Part shown: positions 34,665 through 48,832 of the stretch, piece by piece
Layout: each line of letters starts with the position of its first letter
Position numbering within the stretch: position 1 is the stretch's first letter
Assembly: GCA_003427395.1 (NCBI GenBank)
Contig: BFEA01000031.1
Coordinates: 163,097 to 227,096, forward strand
Length of the DNA: 64,000 bases
Direction: 5' to 3'
From: Chara braunii
Taxonomy: Eukaryota; Plantae; Charophyceae
The notes under the pieces: generated by a model
What the model was told of the DNA's origin: nothing
Seen by the model: the letters and a program-made list of their open reading frames with translations, nothing else
Database searches by the model: none
Position numbers and translations under genes: made by a program

Positions 34665-35019
34665 AGAACTTTCATTGTGAGCTGGGAACCGGGCCCAGCG
34701 TCGTCATTGGGCTTTTGCTGGTGTACATCTTCCTCTTCTTCTTCTCCTTCTTTATCTCTCTCCTCTTTCAAGTTCATTCATTTGTTTTTGACATTGGACG
34801 GCATTGTACTTTCTTCTGAATTTGCAATTCGAAATTAGTCAGGAATCAGGATCGTAACCAGAAAGGAAAAAACAGTCTTTTAGAGCTGGGACGCCTGATG
34901 CCGTCCGAGAGAGACACAGCACTGCTTATCAAAAAAAGAAAAAAAAAAAGAAAAAAAAAAAGAAAAAAAAAAAGAGGATAAGACGCTACAGAAGAGCATC
35001 CAGTCTGATGTTAGGGATG

Positions 35020-35098
35020 TTGAGCCCACCAATAAATGGAGCCTCCCCGGGAGCGCTGGTGGTGTCTGCTCTTACCAACACCCCTAGCACCCGTCCGG

Positions 35099-35136
<38 letters not shown>
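35020..35136 (+). mobile_element. Short retroposed LINE 3' tail
   Basis: Matches 49670-49770 (CCCACCAATA.ATGGAGCCTCCCCG...CCTAGCA.CCG) followed by poly(A). Confidence 0.75.
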
Positions 35137-35139
<3 letters not shown>

Positions 35140-35792
35140 GAGTCTGGGCCCGGTTCCCAGCCTATAATAGAACAGTTAAAAAAAAAAAAAAAAGGAGCAT
35201 CCAGTGTAGACCAGCACCTCAATATTTTCCCAAGTGCATGTGGCCAAAGTTGGGGGTGAGGTGCATGGACCAACAAGAAAAAAAAAAAAAGAAAAAAAAA
35301 AAGAAGAAAAGACACCTCTAACACAGCACTGCCACGCAGGTATATCTGTTAGAGAACCACATGCTGGGGGCAAGGTAATCATGACTCCCCTTCACCCATC
35401 TTGCCTTATGCAATGTTCCAGCGAGAGAATCTGTTGAAATAGCTACCCCAATTTTTTATTAATTTTCTTACGTTGGGGGCCGTGCGAACGCGTGCCCCAC
35501 CTACCTACCAGAAATAATCCCGTATTGACACCTCCATGGGTGCGACCTAGGCCAGGCGAGTCCCGACAAGTGCAATGGGGGACCCTGGAACCTAGGCCAT
35601 ACAACTTCATGATCACGGATACTCCCCGACCAGGTCAGTATGACCCCAACTTTTTTGGGTGCCCAGTTCAACTTGTTTTGCCTTTTCTTTTTTCTTTTCT
35701 TTTTTCTTTTTTTTTCCTTTTTTTTCTTTTTGGCCACACTTTCTTGACCCTACCAAGGGCAGAGTTTTCTATTCTTCCTTTCTTTTTCTTTT

Positions 35793-35825
<33 letters not shown>

Positions 35826-36069
35826 CTTTTTTTTCTTTGTGGGCCTATTGGCTTCGATCCCCGCATCTGTGGTGTATCAGGCTGGTACGTTACCTACTGG
35901 GCTAGCTCCTATTTCACTTTTTTTCTTTTTTTTGTTTTTAACCTTCATTTCTTTTTGTTCAATGAATCTGTACAACTTTCTTCCTTCTGTACCGTAGCAA
36001 AATAAGGCGGGGCCAGTAAAAGATGTGGACGGGTTCGCCATGCCTGTCGGCTGACCTGGTTGACAGTCA

Positions 36070-36265
36070 GACTGCATGGTGTACCCAATGTAATAGATAT
36101 GGCCACCCAGCATCCAATTGTGCTCTGTGCAGCCACCGTACTGGACATGGGCATCCAACAGAGGAATGTGAGTTCGGTGCTGGCCCACGACAGAGGGAAA
36201 GAGCAGGCTCCTCCCAGAAGACCTCAGCATCAAGCACAGAGCTACTGGCAATCCCGATCAGGGGC
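36070..36265 (+). pseudogene. Zinc-knuckle fragment (retroelement ORF1/gag-like)
   Basis: WCTQCNRYGHPASNC (CX2CX4HX4C) in ORF 36023-36415. Confidence 0.55.
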
Positions 36266-36267
36266 CA

Positions 36268-36415
36268 AGTCCCACTAGCAGCATTGAGTTTCCTCAACAC
36301 CCGAATATGGACGTGTTTTTGGAGAGGTGCGGTTGAGGAAATTCGGCGTGATTTTCTGCACACATTCCCACAAACAGGTCCAGATTCGAGCGTTGAGGAA
36401 ACTCAATGCTGCTAG

Positions 36416-36423
<8 letters not shown>
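36268..36423. repeat. About 155-bp hairpin (MITE-like)
   Basis: ~52-bp arms, including the perfect match CTAGCAGCATTGAGTTTCCTCAAC / GTTGAGGAAACTCAATGCTGCTAG. Confidence 0.8.
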
Positions 36424-36456
<33 letters not shown>

Positions 36457-36504
36457 CTCCATCTATTGGTGGGGAGCAACACCTGCTGGAAACCGGGTCC
36501 AGCG
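36422..36504 (-). mobile_element. Minimal LINE 3'-tail insertion on the minus strand
   Basis: Reverse complement of CGCTGGACCCGGTTTCCAGCAGGTGTTGCTCCCCACCAATAGATGGAG plus poly(A). Confidence 0.75.
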
Positions 36505-38995
36505 CAACTACCGTCTTCACCCGAATAATCCCAACTCCGCGAGGGGAGGCAAGGACGAGAAAACTAGAAAAATTCTACCTATGGACAAATGCCTATCCCC
36601 GCAATAGCGAGATCTGCTAGAGAGATCGATGACGAAGGATAAAATATGGACAGCGCTTCTCCAGATGAAGGAAGAAAAAACGCCCGGAATTGACGGTTTC
36701 TCCAATGAGTTTTGGGAAGCTATGCGGACGGATCTGAGCACGGACTTGTGGGAGTACCACCAGAAGGTATGGGAAGCCGGGGAAATGGGGAAAGTATTGG
36801 GGAAAGGAGTGTTGTCGTTACTATACAAAAAAAGGGGATAAGATGAATATCAGGAACTACAGAGCTATCACCCTTCTTACAGTAGTTTACAAAATGCTCT
36901 CCAAAGCCTTGACAAGTCGTATGGCGGCGGTCTTGGAAGACGTAATACACCCAGCCCATACAGGGTTCATGACCGGTAGGAACATACAGGAGAACATCCT
37001 GCTAGTAAATGAAGTGGTCAATTTTACACGTAGGAACCGAGCAAACGCAACCATTATTTTTATTGACTTCGAGAAAGTCTACGACCACGTCGATTGGGAC
37101 TTTTTAGACAAATGCTTAGACAAAATGAACTTCGGACCCACCTTCAGGCGCTGGGTGAGGATTCTACATAACAATGTCACTACTTGTGTGTAGGTTAACG
37201 GGTCAGTGGCACCTCCGTTTGAGCTTCAACGTTCGGTGAGACAAGGGGACCCTATTGCCCCCTACCTCTTTCTGGTTATAATGGAGGCAATATCTGCTAA
37301 TCTGAGATACAATAAGGACCTTACACGGATCAGAATCGCTGACATCCCGGAGGAGGTAGTGCCGATGTGTTCCCTTTTTGCGGATGACCTCACTATTATG
37401 GTGGAGGCAAATGCACAAAATTTGGAAGAAATTCGAAATCTTATGAACCGATTCTGCAGACTGTCAGACATGGTCGTCAATCGGGGACAGAAGAATGTAG
37501 GCTGGTGGTTACATCACCAAGGGGGAAGTCCCCCCGAAAACCCGCGAATCACTTCGTTCCCCCCGGATGACCCTCTCAGAATCCTAGGGGCGTTAGTTAC
37601 AGGAAAAGGTAAGCATGTCACCAATGACGAGTGGTTGGCGGGGCCAGCACATGCCAAACTCGCGCGGTGGAACAACAAGCATTCCTCAATCTTTGGGCGG
37701 ACCCTTGTTATCAATAATGTAGTGCTAGCCACACTTTGGTACAAAGCCATATTATGGTCCATGAACAATGGGGGGCCCACCCCACTCAGGGCCAGAGAGG
37801 AGCGTTAGCGCGTAGCGCCCCGCGGACGGCAAGGTTCGCCCGCCAGGATCCGCACGTGTCGTTTGGGCAAGAGAAGGTCTCATCAGCCATCGCCTGTGAA
37901 CACGCCCGTCACCATCTCCCATCCCCACGTCGGGGATGGAGTGAGAATTCCCGCGTGAGAAAGTGGTGACGAGTTCGCGTCAGCGCAAGGATTCACGTAC
38001 AGCCATGCGAGTAGGAGCACGAGTGAACGATATCGACATTGACTCATCGGACTGACGTTAACATCTGAGGAGAGAGACACACCGAGGTAGATTGGAAAGG
38101 GATCGGGATCAGACACTGGGACTCGTTGGGGCACAGTCGTCAAACATACCGTGAAGGTCGTAGGTGACAGCGTGCAGAGTAGGACTGCAATGCTCTAACT
38201 AAGGACGGCAGGCAATAAGGTGACGACACAAGACGACATGGGGTTTCCTCTACCTGCGGTTGGAAGGACGACGTGTCAGCGGAGTGGCCAAGACGGTGGT
38301 GAGGGGTGGAACGAACATCGGACTGCGACGACGGTTGGCACCTGAGGCGGTCAACAAGGACAGAGGGACGACCGGGGAACAGAGAGACGAGCGGGGACAT
38401 GGTAGCGAGGGAACGCAGCTGGCACTAACGACAGATTGGAGCGAATTTGGCACTGTAACAACCACTGGGGTAAAATCGATACGTACAGACCGTTCCCCCC
38501 CTCCCTCCCCCCCCCTCTTTCCCCCGCTCACCCATGTTGGGTTTTGGTCAAACTTGGGTCAATCCTGGCTGCCCCCCCCCCCCTTGCGACCCACATCCTC
38601 GTCAGCTCTGAGGAATTTTCATAGTCAACCCTATCTAACCAGCCCTCTAACCACTTACTTTCGAGAGTGCCGGGACACAAAGACTTAGGTAACACAGACT
38701 TAGGTTAAACTGATTAACCCTATTTGCACTGTCTGTGGGGTGCTCCTCATATTAGGAATCTGGCCATAAAATCTCCACAGAAACACTGACTTGGTCATAA
38801 ACTGGGGATCTGGCAGGATTATGAAACAGGGCCCTGTTGACTCATTCAGTTGACTCCTCAAGCTAGCTCCCCCCACCGGTGACCCGCATCCACGTCAGCT
38901 TTGAGGCGTTTTCCTGGTCAGCCTTATCTAATCTGCCCTCTAACCACTTGTTTTCGAGAGTGCCGAAACAAACAGGGTCCTGCTGACTCACCCTA

Positions 38996-41900
38996 TTGGC
39001 TCGTCCGGTCCGGGCCAAAAGCCCGGGCCCGAAGGGGGCTAATAAGGGGGGTTGTTCAGCGGACCTGTCCCCTTCGGCCCGGGACACACGTTCCCCCATG
39101 CCTGAGAAGGATGGGGTGGCAGGTAAAACCGGGGATACATGGAGGAACAAGGTCGCAAAAACAGATGTGGCCTCCAATGACAGTACGCCCCCCACTTCCA
39201 GTCGCATCAACAACCTACCGCCACAGTTGCTTAAAGCCTTATCTGCTCCAGGGGTGAATGACCCTGTAGGGGCTTCGACACTGACCCCCATACCTCCACT
39301 CAAAAGCCAGCTCATACAGCAGCTTTACATAGAGTCAGAGAGGAAATACCAAGTGAAGGAGGGCTACATTTACCCTCACTCTGTCTTCCCGGCCCAAGCG
39401 CTTGCCAAGCGTACTACGGTCTACTCAAAGAAGGCGGTGCATTTCCGCTTCCCGACGAGTCTGGCATCTTACCCTGTCAACGAAAAAGTTAAATGGATCT
39501 CTGCTAAACTGGGGAAAATTAAAACTGATAGCCGACTCGTACAAGACCACTTTCTAATAGAGGTGGAGAGCCCTGACTGTATCACAGTTGTTACGCTCTA
39601 CACTACAGACAAACACATCATTCTCAAAAGCAAGGGATTACAGTTCAACGGCAAGCCGGTCCATGTCACGGCTTGGTCTCCAGCCAACCCCTTGTCAAGT
39701 GATGAAAAGCGGGAATTTCTAATGAACTCTAATTTCTAGGTGGAATTTAGATTTGCACCCCTGTGTGTGCAAGGGGCCATACTGACTGACTTGGAAAACA
39801 TTGCAAGTGTCAAGGGGTACATCACGGATCTGCCCCGATTTCTGGGGAGACGGGATGACTCGCTGTTAGTAGCGGTTGATTGGGACCCCAGTTATCCGTT
39901 CCCTCTTAATGGAGAATGGAGATACTCGCAGGGGGAGGGAACACTCGGTCCCGGTCAGTCACACACAGGACCCATGGTGCTATGCTTGTAAGATCAGTGG
40001 CCACCTGTGCACAGATGATGAATGCCCTAACAACCGCAGACAACGAATTAAGGGCCTCATCATCCCCCACCAGACGGATGAGGAGAGGTGGTTCCCTGAG
40101 GAGAAATATCTGAAGGGACGGGAACTCTCAACATACGCTGACGGAAGACCTGCCAAGTGGTTCTGGCATGGAGAGGGACAGCCACAAGCCTTTCCCGCTG
40201 GGGCCAAACACATTATCCCAGAAGACCGCAAACAGAAGCAGAGTAAGGGAAAGGAGCCAACACAGGATGGTCCCCGAAACAAACGTCTGGCTCTCCGAAA
40301 GACTCAGGGTATAGACCGAGACGAAAACGTATGTCCAACAAGTGGACTCGCCACAGAAAAGTGGCTGCCATCCAAGTCCCCTGTGCCAACCCCCGCCCTA
40401 GTGGCGACACGCGCGGCCGCGCGCGGATCTTCACACAAATACATACCGAAGCAAAAGTTGGAACTGGCACAGAAGGGCCATGAGCTGCACAAGCCAGCCC
40501 CTTCCCCTCTGCTGCCTCAAGCCACGGAGGAGCCCCGGCAGGAGCACAAACAGGAACAGGAACAGGTCCTACAACCTACGATTGATCTAAAACAACTGGT
40601 TCTGCAGCACTTGCCTGTCCCGCCCCTGCCTCTCCCTACAACAGAAGACAAACAGGGGGACACAACCGCTGTCCAACAATAGTCGACTCCAGCCCTCCCT
40701 CTCCCGGTCGTGGAAGGGGATCAAGGAGGGCAATTGCCTCACAGGCTACAAATAGCCTCTCATGTAGCAGGTGCAGCTAAAGTGGAGCAAAGACTGAAGC
40801 TGAGAACCCCCCCAGACACAGGCATAGGACCCCACAATGAGGAAACTGTATCGGTGGTCATAGGGGAAGGGGATCAAAGAGGGCAGCTGCCCCGGATGCT
40901 ACAAACTGTTTCTCATGCATCCGGAGCAGCAAATGGGGAGCAAAGACCGGAGCTGAGAGCAGGTGCAGCTAAAGGGGAGCAAAGACTTGTGCTGAGAAAA
41001 CCCCCAGACACAGGCACAGGACCCCACAACGAGGAAACTGTACCGGTGGTCATGGGGGAAGGGGATCAAAGAGGGCATCTGCCCCGAATGCTACAAACTG
41101 TTTCTCATGCATCCAAAGCAGCAAATGGGGAGCAACGTCCGGAGCTGAGAAACCAGGTAACACAACCACCGTCCTCGGGAGAGGCGACGGCTGGGGAACA
41201 AAGCCCGGCCTTCCACCCAAAAGCCCCACACACGCACAGAATCCCGTATGAAGGAAATTGTATCGGAGGTCACAGGGGAAAAGAAGTTCTCCCTCATTAG
41301 ATCAGCCGACATTCGATTGGATGGGTCGAGGACGGCGGAGAAAATAACTCGGAATGACAATCGCTCTCAGCGATTACAGTCGGTTACAGCAGCAAAGACC
41401 AACGTTGAAACTCATCAGGCTCCCCCCCCCGACCTGCCCGGGCCATCTCTACCAATGCACGCGCCCTGGCCCGATTCAAGCGGTCTACAACAACCGACGA
41501 CCACGTTCATCCGGGTGAACAATGACAGTCACGCCCCCAAACCTCTTTCTCCGCACGGGGTTTGGCTAAAAGCCAACTCCTTGCTCAATAAACTCAAAGG
41601 TGCAGCCTTCCCACAACATCACCAACTACTGTCGGCTGAACAAGGAGGCGATGGGAGGCCGAACAATGATTGGGCGGTGACGGAACATGAAAGTTGTGGG
41701 AGAGCGACCATTGAGCAAGACCCCAAGCTCCTGCCACAGACCCTTGACCGACAGCCTGAATGCCAACCACCCTCCCCCCCATACCAGCTGCAGCACATAG
41801 GGTGTCGACAGACGACCCTGCAACAACAGACGGGGAGAATGAACAGGGGGACGGATCAGGGAATGCATTTGTCCCGGAACTTCGAGGCTGTGGTACTCCA

Positions 41901-44090
41901 AACATTGATTCACAGTCCACAACTTGGCTGCAGGCCCTCGACTGACAGACCGAAAGTCGACCGCTCACCCCTCTACATCTGCCACAGAACGCCGATTGTC
42001 GAGGGAGCTCTCTGCAACAGCAAATGGGGGAGACTGGACAGGGGGCTGGACCGGGGGGCACACCTACCGAACAAGGGTATAAGCATCCTCCCGATCTACA
42101 ACAACACCCCAACCAACAGGGTCACGGTCTGACGGGCCACATACACCACCATTGGGAGCACACAGCTCAGCAGCATGAGCTGCCGCAACAGCCTCCCGAC
42201 CAAATGCCGCAAGAAATGCAAGGCCGGCAGTATGAACTGCTACAACACACCCAAGACTGCTTGCCATTGCAAATACCCCAGCAGCCACAACCGCAACAGC
42301 AGCAGCAACAGTTGCTGCAGCAGAGCTCCTTCGACGACCAACTGCGGATGCTACTGCACGCTCAGCTGGCCCAGCATCAAAGACAAAACCAACAACAACT
42401 CTTGGTACACCAACAACAAACGATATAGCATCTCCAGCTGCAATGGCAGCAGCAGCTCTACCAGCAGCAACAAGAGATATTGCACCAGCAGCAACAACAG
42501 CTGCAGGCCTACTGGCACCAGGAGCTTGAGAGACAGACGAGGATGCGGATGCAACAACATCAGAGCCTGCCCGGTCCCCAACATTATTCCTGTACAGCCC
42601 TGCCGCTTCAGAGCCAACATGACCCTTCACAACTGGCGCTGGGTCTGCAGCAGGAAGGGGATGGTCCCCAACACATCCATTCTGTTGCATCGCTGCTGCT
42701 GGGGGAAGGTCCGCAACAGATGGATACCTCCGGACCCCCGCAAGATGAAGTGTCGCAAAAATGCCAACACATCCATTCTGCTGCACCGTTGTTGCTGGGG
42801 GAAGGTCCGCAACAGATGGATATCTCTGGACCCCCGCACGATGAAGTGGCGCAAAAATGCCAGCCTGCCCCAGATGATGTGGACATGGAAACAGTGTTGA
42901 CGATCGCTACTGATGAAGAGGTGAAACAAAAATTGTGCTTCCTAACAGAATGGACACTGATGAAAATATTCTCGTTGACTGATGACAACCCGACACACAA
43001 ACTGAAAATGGAACACTGGGAAGATGCAAAAACGGTTCTCATGCACAGCCTAAGAATCCTGGCCGCAGTGGAAAAACATGATGCAGTCACAGACATAGAT
43101 TGGATGGAGGTGGAAGCAACCATTGTTTTTGTGGTTAATGAATTCCTAGACAAACAGGAGCTCTTTGCTAAAGCCCAACCCCCACTGCAGGATGCTGCCA
43201 TCCGCCAGGAGCAAACGTTCCTCCACGAAGGCCTTGCATGGCCCGTATCGAACTGTGTAATACACTCTCTCCAACCGGACCTCAGTTGGGTCAGCCAGCA
43301 CAGTCTCACCTTGAGGGTGCCTCTCAACCACACATTCAAGAAGTCCCCTGTCGACAACTGGTCCCTGCAGACATGAAGCAGTCTCACTCTTCACAGCTGC
43401 TGCCCAGCCACAAACAAGACCTGGAACGGGCCCCACAGGAGTTGCCTGCCCCGCCCCCTTCTCGGCACAGGCTTCATCATGCGGACATACTACTTGACGA
43501 TGAGGATATGCCACAACAGGTGTCCAAACAAGACTCACTCTTATCACCGGTGGTGCAGACGTTAAAACTGAAAGATGTGGTGAGACTCGAAGTGGATGAC
43601 AGTACCCCTGTGGCGATCCCCCCGGGAGTGGTTTCTGTTCCCTTTAACCAGGACGGGTACAAAAGGTGAATGGCTCCTAGGACTTAGACTGCCCCAACAC
43701 CACCCAAAACAATCTGAGGATCAACCAGGGTTGTCTTTGGATGGGTGGAGGGGAAATCCCTCCACAGCAGTCATTCTCAAAAGAATGAAGTACTGGCGCA
43801 AGGAGACGTCTACGGAAGGGATAATTGGTGCAGTCATTCCTAACTCCTTATCCTTTCCCAAAGGAATCATTCCGGTGATCCTTCTCGTTGACTCCGCTGC
43901 TGTCAATCACTCCAAAGGCTCTGACTTCCAATGGTTTACTCACCGATAGTTGATGCACCTCCCAACAACTCAGATTCGAATGAGCTACGCTTGGACAGTG
44001 AGCAGGGTCACCTTTTTCTTATAAATCTTCCTGGAGGACAACGTCCTGGAAGAACACCACCAATGGGATGACCCTCCCTTCATCCTCCCC
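38996..44090 (+). pseudogene. LINE ORF1 region, disrupted: knuckle, Pro/Gln-rich and repeat segments
   Basis: A chain of + ORFs with CYACKISGHLCTDDEC, poly-Gln at 42150-42560, and internal duplications at 40710-41150 and 42655-42860. Confidence 0.6.
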
Positions 44091-44110
44091 ATTAAACACA
44101 AAGATTAGAC

Positions 44111-47100
44111 ATGCACACATCTACAATGTTGACGCCTGATCCAATGGAGAACACTGTTGCACAGCAACATAACATCCGCTCCCCTCCCCTCCCTTCTGCC
44201 ACCCCACAACGCACCCATCACACACCCCCACAACAACCCATGCAACGCCCACCGTCCCCCCCTGTTTTCCCCCGGATTAGGAAGCAACCTCAATGGGCAG
44301 AGAAGCTTAGCAGAGCAGATCTTGATATTCGATCATTGAACGTCAACGGTCTCATCCAGGCTTCCCCTGCCAAAAAGGGAGCTATATGGAACCAACTTAA
44401 AAGCCCGGACATGATCAATTGGCCAGATGCCATTTGTGTGCAGGGAACACATCTCCAGGATACGCCGTCCCATAATGCCAAGGCACGAGCAATCTGGCCG
44501 TACACATCTTTCGTTGCGCCGGCCAAAAAAAAGGGCGTCGGCAGGGGTGGCAATTTGGCTGCCACCCTCCTCGAGACTTACACCCATAAAGTACGACTAT
44601 GGGTGTACCTTAAAGTGGCTCTCCAAGAGGACGTCTTTTACCTCGTATGTGTCTACGCGCCTAACGACCCGGTGGCCCGGCTGGACCTATGGCTCACGCT
44701 TCATCAACACCTACCGGATGATGCCCCGATGATAATGGCGAGCAACTTCAATACCACCTTGGATCCATATATGGATCGGCGGTCGACGTCGTAACAGACA
44801 CGGACGGTTGGGGCCCCGCCGATCCAAACTGCACTAGATGTCATAGTGTTTAAACAATTCATGCTCGACAGACAACTGGAAGATGCTTACAGGGTGCTCC
44901 ATCCAACTCAAAAGGCCTATACCTGTTTGTCTTCTAGAGGGCAGGCAGGACCGGCCAACTCTAGAATCGACCTTATACTAGTGTCTAAGGATCTTGCGGG
45001 ACTTATTATTGCTACTGATATTGCATCCATCAGTCCATGCAACTCTTTTGACCATAGGATGGTCACCCTGGGATTGTCATTTCACAATCACATCCACAGG
45101 AGTCCGGGGTTTTATAAGTTTAACACCTCCCTTCTCCCCCTGTCCAAGTTCAAAGATATGATTGAATCTTTCTGGCGGTACTGGCAATCTAAGAAACCAG
45201 CCACAGGGGAGAGGGTGTCTTGGTTCAATGAAGGTATGACGCAACTCAGGGAACGAAGCAAGAAATTCTCTACCCAGTACGCCAGAGACCGTAAGGCAGT
45301 TCTAGATAGACTCATGCGAGAGCTGGAGGAATGGGACGACCAACTCATGGGAGATCCGATTCACCAGCCCACCTACGATGAACTGCAAAAGGCAAGGGAC
45401 CACCTCCAAACTTACATCGACCAACAAACTCAAGCATGGAGGATTCAGGCGAAAATAAAGAAGGACCACACAGATGGAACAATGGCAAAAGCCTTCTTTA
45501 ACAGAGCAAAAGCATGCTCGAGAGCCAACACAGTCCCGAGACTAAAGCACCCATTTGATGACAATGCCCCGACTGCAACTAATTCGTATGCGATTGTATA
45601 CTACGCTTCAAAATACTACCAAAAGTTGTTCGCTTCGGAAACCCCCCTTAAACCCCCGGATGCAATCCTTCAGGCAAGAGAACAACTCCTACAAGCGCTC
45701 CAATCACGACTTACACTGCCCCAGAGAGCCGAACTGGACCGGCTAATTACGTTAGAGGACGCAAAGGAAGCCCTGCAAGATATGGAAGATGAGAAAACAC
45801 CAGGGGTGGATTCCTTCCCCAAGGAATTATGGGTGCGGTTTTGGGAGCTGTTGAGTGAAGACCTTATGAAGTACATACGAGCGGTGCAGGAGGACGGATC
45901 CTTGGGGGCATGATGGGGCAAAGGAGTTACCACCCTCCTCTACAAAAAAGGGGATAAGGAGAACATACGAAACTATAGGCCTATCACACTCCTTCCGGTC
46001 CCCTACAAAATTATGGCTAAGACACTCACTAACAGATTGCTTCCACTAATGCACCTGCTCATTCACCCGGATCAGACAGGGTTCATGCCCAATCGCAACA
46101 TTCAGGACAATGTCCTGTTAGTCAACGAGACCATCAAATACGCCAGGCAGCATAAACTCCAAGCAGCAGTACTCTTTATTGACTTTGAGAAGGCCTATGA
46201 TCACGTTGACTGGGATTTTCTCGATCTGTGCCTCACAAGGATGAACTTCGGGCCTGTGTTCAGCAAGTGGATACAACTCTTTCATAGATCGGCCTCGACT
46301 AATATCATGTTGAATGGCCACCTTGCGGCCCAAATCCCCCTTCAATGATCGGTGCGCCAAGGGGATCCTATAACGCCACTCCTCTTTGTCATTGTTATGG
46401 AGACTCTCGCGTCTCTTATTAGAGGCTCACCCACACATACATTGAGTCCCCATCCCAGATCTGCCAAAACATTTGGTCCCGGTGACATCGCTCTTTGCAG
46501 ATGATCTCACAGTGCTTATCAGGGCGGATGACCAGAGCCTTCAGGCCTTGACACAAGTCATCCACTTGTTTTCACTAGCGGCGGACATGAAGGTGAACTG
46601 GGGAGCAAAAACGGAAGGGTGGTGGATGCACCCGCTAGACATAGGGCCGCCGCCACAGCCACTGATTTCATGGGCACAACGGGACACAACAATTAGAATC
46701 TTGGGTGTTAAACTGACGGCACTTGGCCCCCCCCCAGACCATGGAGATGCCTTGGTGGATCTTGTTGTGGACGGATTAAGCAAGTGGGCTGGCATGCACA
46801 CCTCACTTGTGGGGCGTGCACTAGCCATCAACAATGCTGTTCTCGCAGCAATCTGGTATAAACTTGCAGTATGGCCCCTCGACTGAAAACAATATGCAAG
46901 GCTTAGAAAAACCCTTACGACCTATCTGTGGAAAAACAGAGCAGAATCTCAAAGCTGCATGAATCGGGTTAAATGGGACGTGATGACACAACCAAGAGCA
47001 AAGGGAGGACTGGGAATATTGGATCCGGAACGGGAAAGCGAGGCCCTTATTTTCAAAGTGGTCATCAGACTCCTCACAGGCAATGACATACCCTGGGCGC

Positions 47101-48832
47101 CATTGGCCTGCATGCAGATCAAACACCTCGCGCCGGTGACAGTAACCCCGGACCAGATACACCCCTTCCAATGGTTGACAAATTCCCATTGGACTGTCCC
47201 GTCCGCCTCCCATCAATCACAAGCGGAGACACCGGAACAGGCCACCAAGCAAGACATTGCCAGGGACCCCATGTGGACGAATATGATCAAGCTTTGGAGA
47301 CGGGTGGGACCAACACAAAAACGCCCCCCGAATAGGTGGCATGACATATGGAGGCAAACCGTATTTGGCAACCCCCATATTGTGGACAGTGCAGGCAATC
47401 CCTTCCCGCTCACAACGAACTCCCCCTGGCTTTCCTGGGTCAAAAAAGGCATATATACAATTGGAAGCCTCTGGGACGTTCGCACAGGGAACTGGATATC
47501 CGCAGCCCAACTTCAAAAACAAATAAAATATGTCAAAAACGTAGAGGATAAACTGTGCACTCCACGAGAAGCCTTGCCACTGGCCTGGCAACATACACTC
47601 AAGAATGGCTCGACCATTCAAAATGGAGACTGGGTGAGTAAATATTATGATTTGCCCTTACCACGTGCTAGCTATAGAGTACATAACTGTAACTCCTGGG
47701 CCTGCAACCTTGAAGCCCATGAACCCCTCTTCCCGGGGGCAAGGATGTTAAAGCTCATACGTAATGATGAACTCGACTGCGATTGCAACCGGGCGGATCT
47801 GGTACTTGTACGTGTGGTGGGGAATCCGGAAGACGGTCTCTTTGTCTATGAACCCTCCACGCCGATTGCAACCCTGCCCTTTGACCCAGGGGAATGGGAA
47901 TGGTCTGGGGAGAAGCCTATGCATGTTTGGGACTATTCGGTTAAAGGGGTTACAGAACCTCAAACCCTGACGTACCCACCGCCCAGATCATAACTGATCG
48001 ATGGGCAAGGGACTCACCTATGGATTCGACCCAGTTGCACACTCTGCCATGGTCGACATATGCAAAGATTATGCCCATAAACCTTCGGTCCCTGCAATGG
48101 CAAATCATACACCGCTGTCTCCCTACACCGGACTGGTTGGTATCAAGAACAGATCTGGAACAGAAAGGCCAGCTGTCTCCTATCTGTGCCTATTGCTCAA
48201 GAACGGGCCCGCCTGCCAGAGCAACACTTGAACACTGTCTCCTAGCGTGCCCGATGGTTGCCTAGCTGTGGTGCTGGTGGGACGCCGCCTTTCATTCTTT
48301 GACGACGTTCCCCATCCCATGGGAACTGGGGCTCCTGTTGCTGGGAGAGAAGAGGCATGTGCCAGCTCACTGGTCCCCCTCTGCAGCTAACCTGTTCTCA
48401 TACACACGTCTGCATATTCTAATGCTCGCATGGCGCGCTAGGTGCTCCTTTGAAAGGAAGGACCATCAGTTCGGTCTGCAGCAAGCCCAACAGGCTACCG
48501 AAGAGGTGATTAGATCCCGCACCTGGGAGGTGTGGAAAACCATGATGCAAGACTACTGCAACGAAATCGAACCGCAGGCAAAACGGACCATTTATGATTC
48601 TTACATCCAAATCTGGCAGGATCCCCACAAGAGGTTCAGCGAGTTGGATGACAAAGTGGCCATCAAGTGGAAGCCGTGGAGGTGCTCAGAGGGCACATGG
48701 CAACGAAAGCCCCTTACTGCCTTTCAGGTCCAGTACCTCCCGACTAACTTTACTCTTGTATTATCCCCCCTCCCCCAACTTCGAACATTGCCCGCCCCCC
48801 TACACCCTCGCCCCCCCCACCTGATGTCTTAG
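44111..48832 (+). pseudogene. LINE ORF2 (APE-RT-zinc finger), disrupted
   Basis: Motifs SLNVNG, CVYAP, SRIDLILVS, FDH, NYRPITLL, IDFEKAYD, RQGDP, LFADD, CAYC...TLEHCLLACP. Confidence 0.95.
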
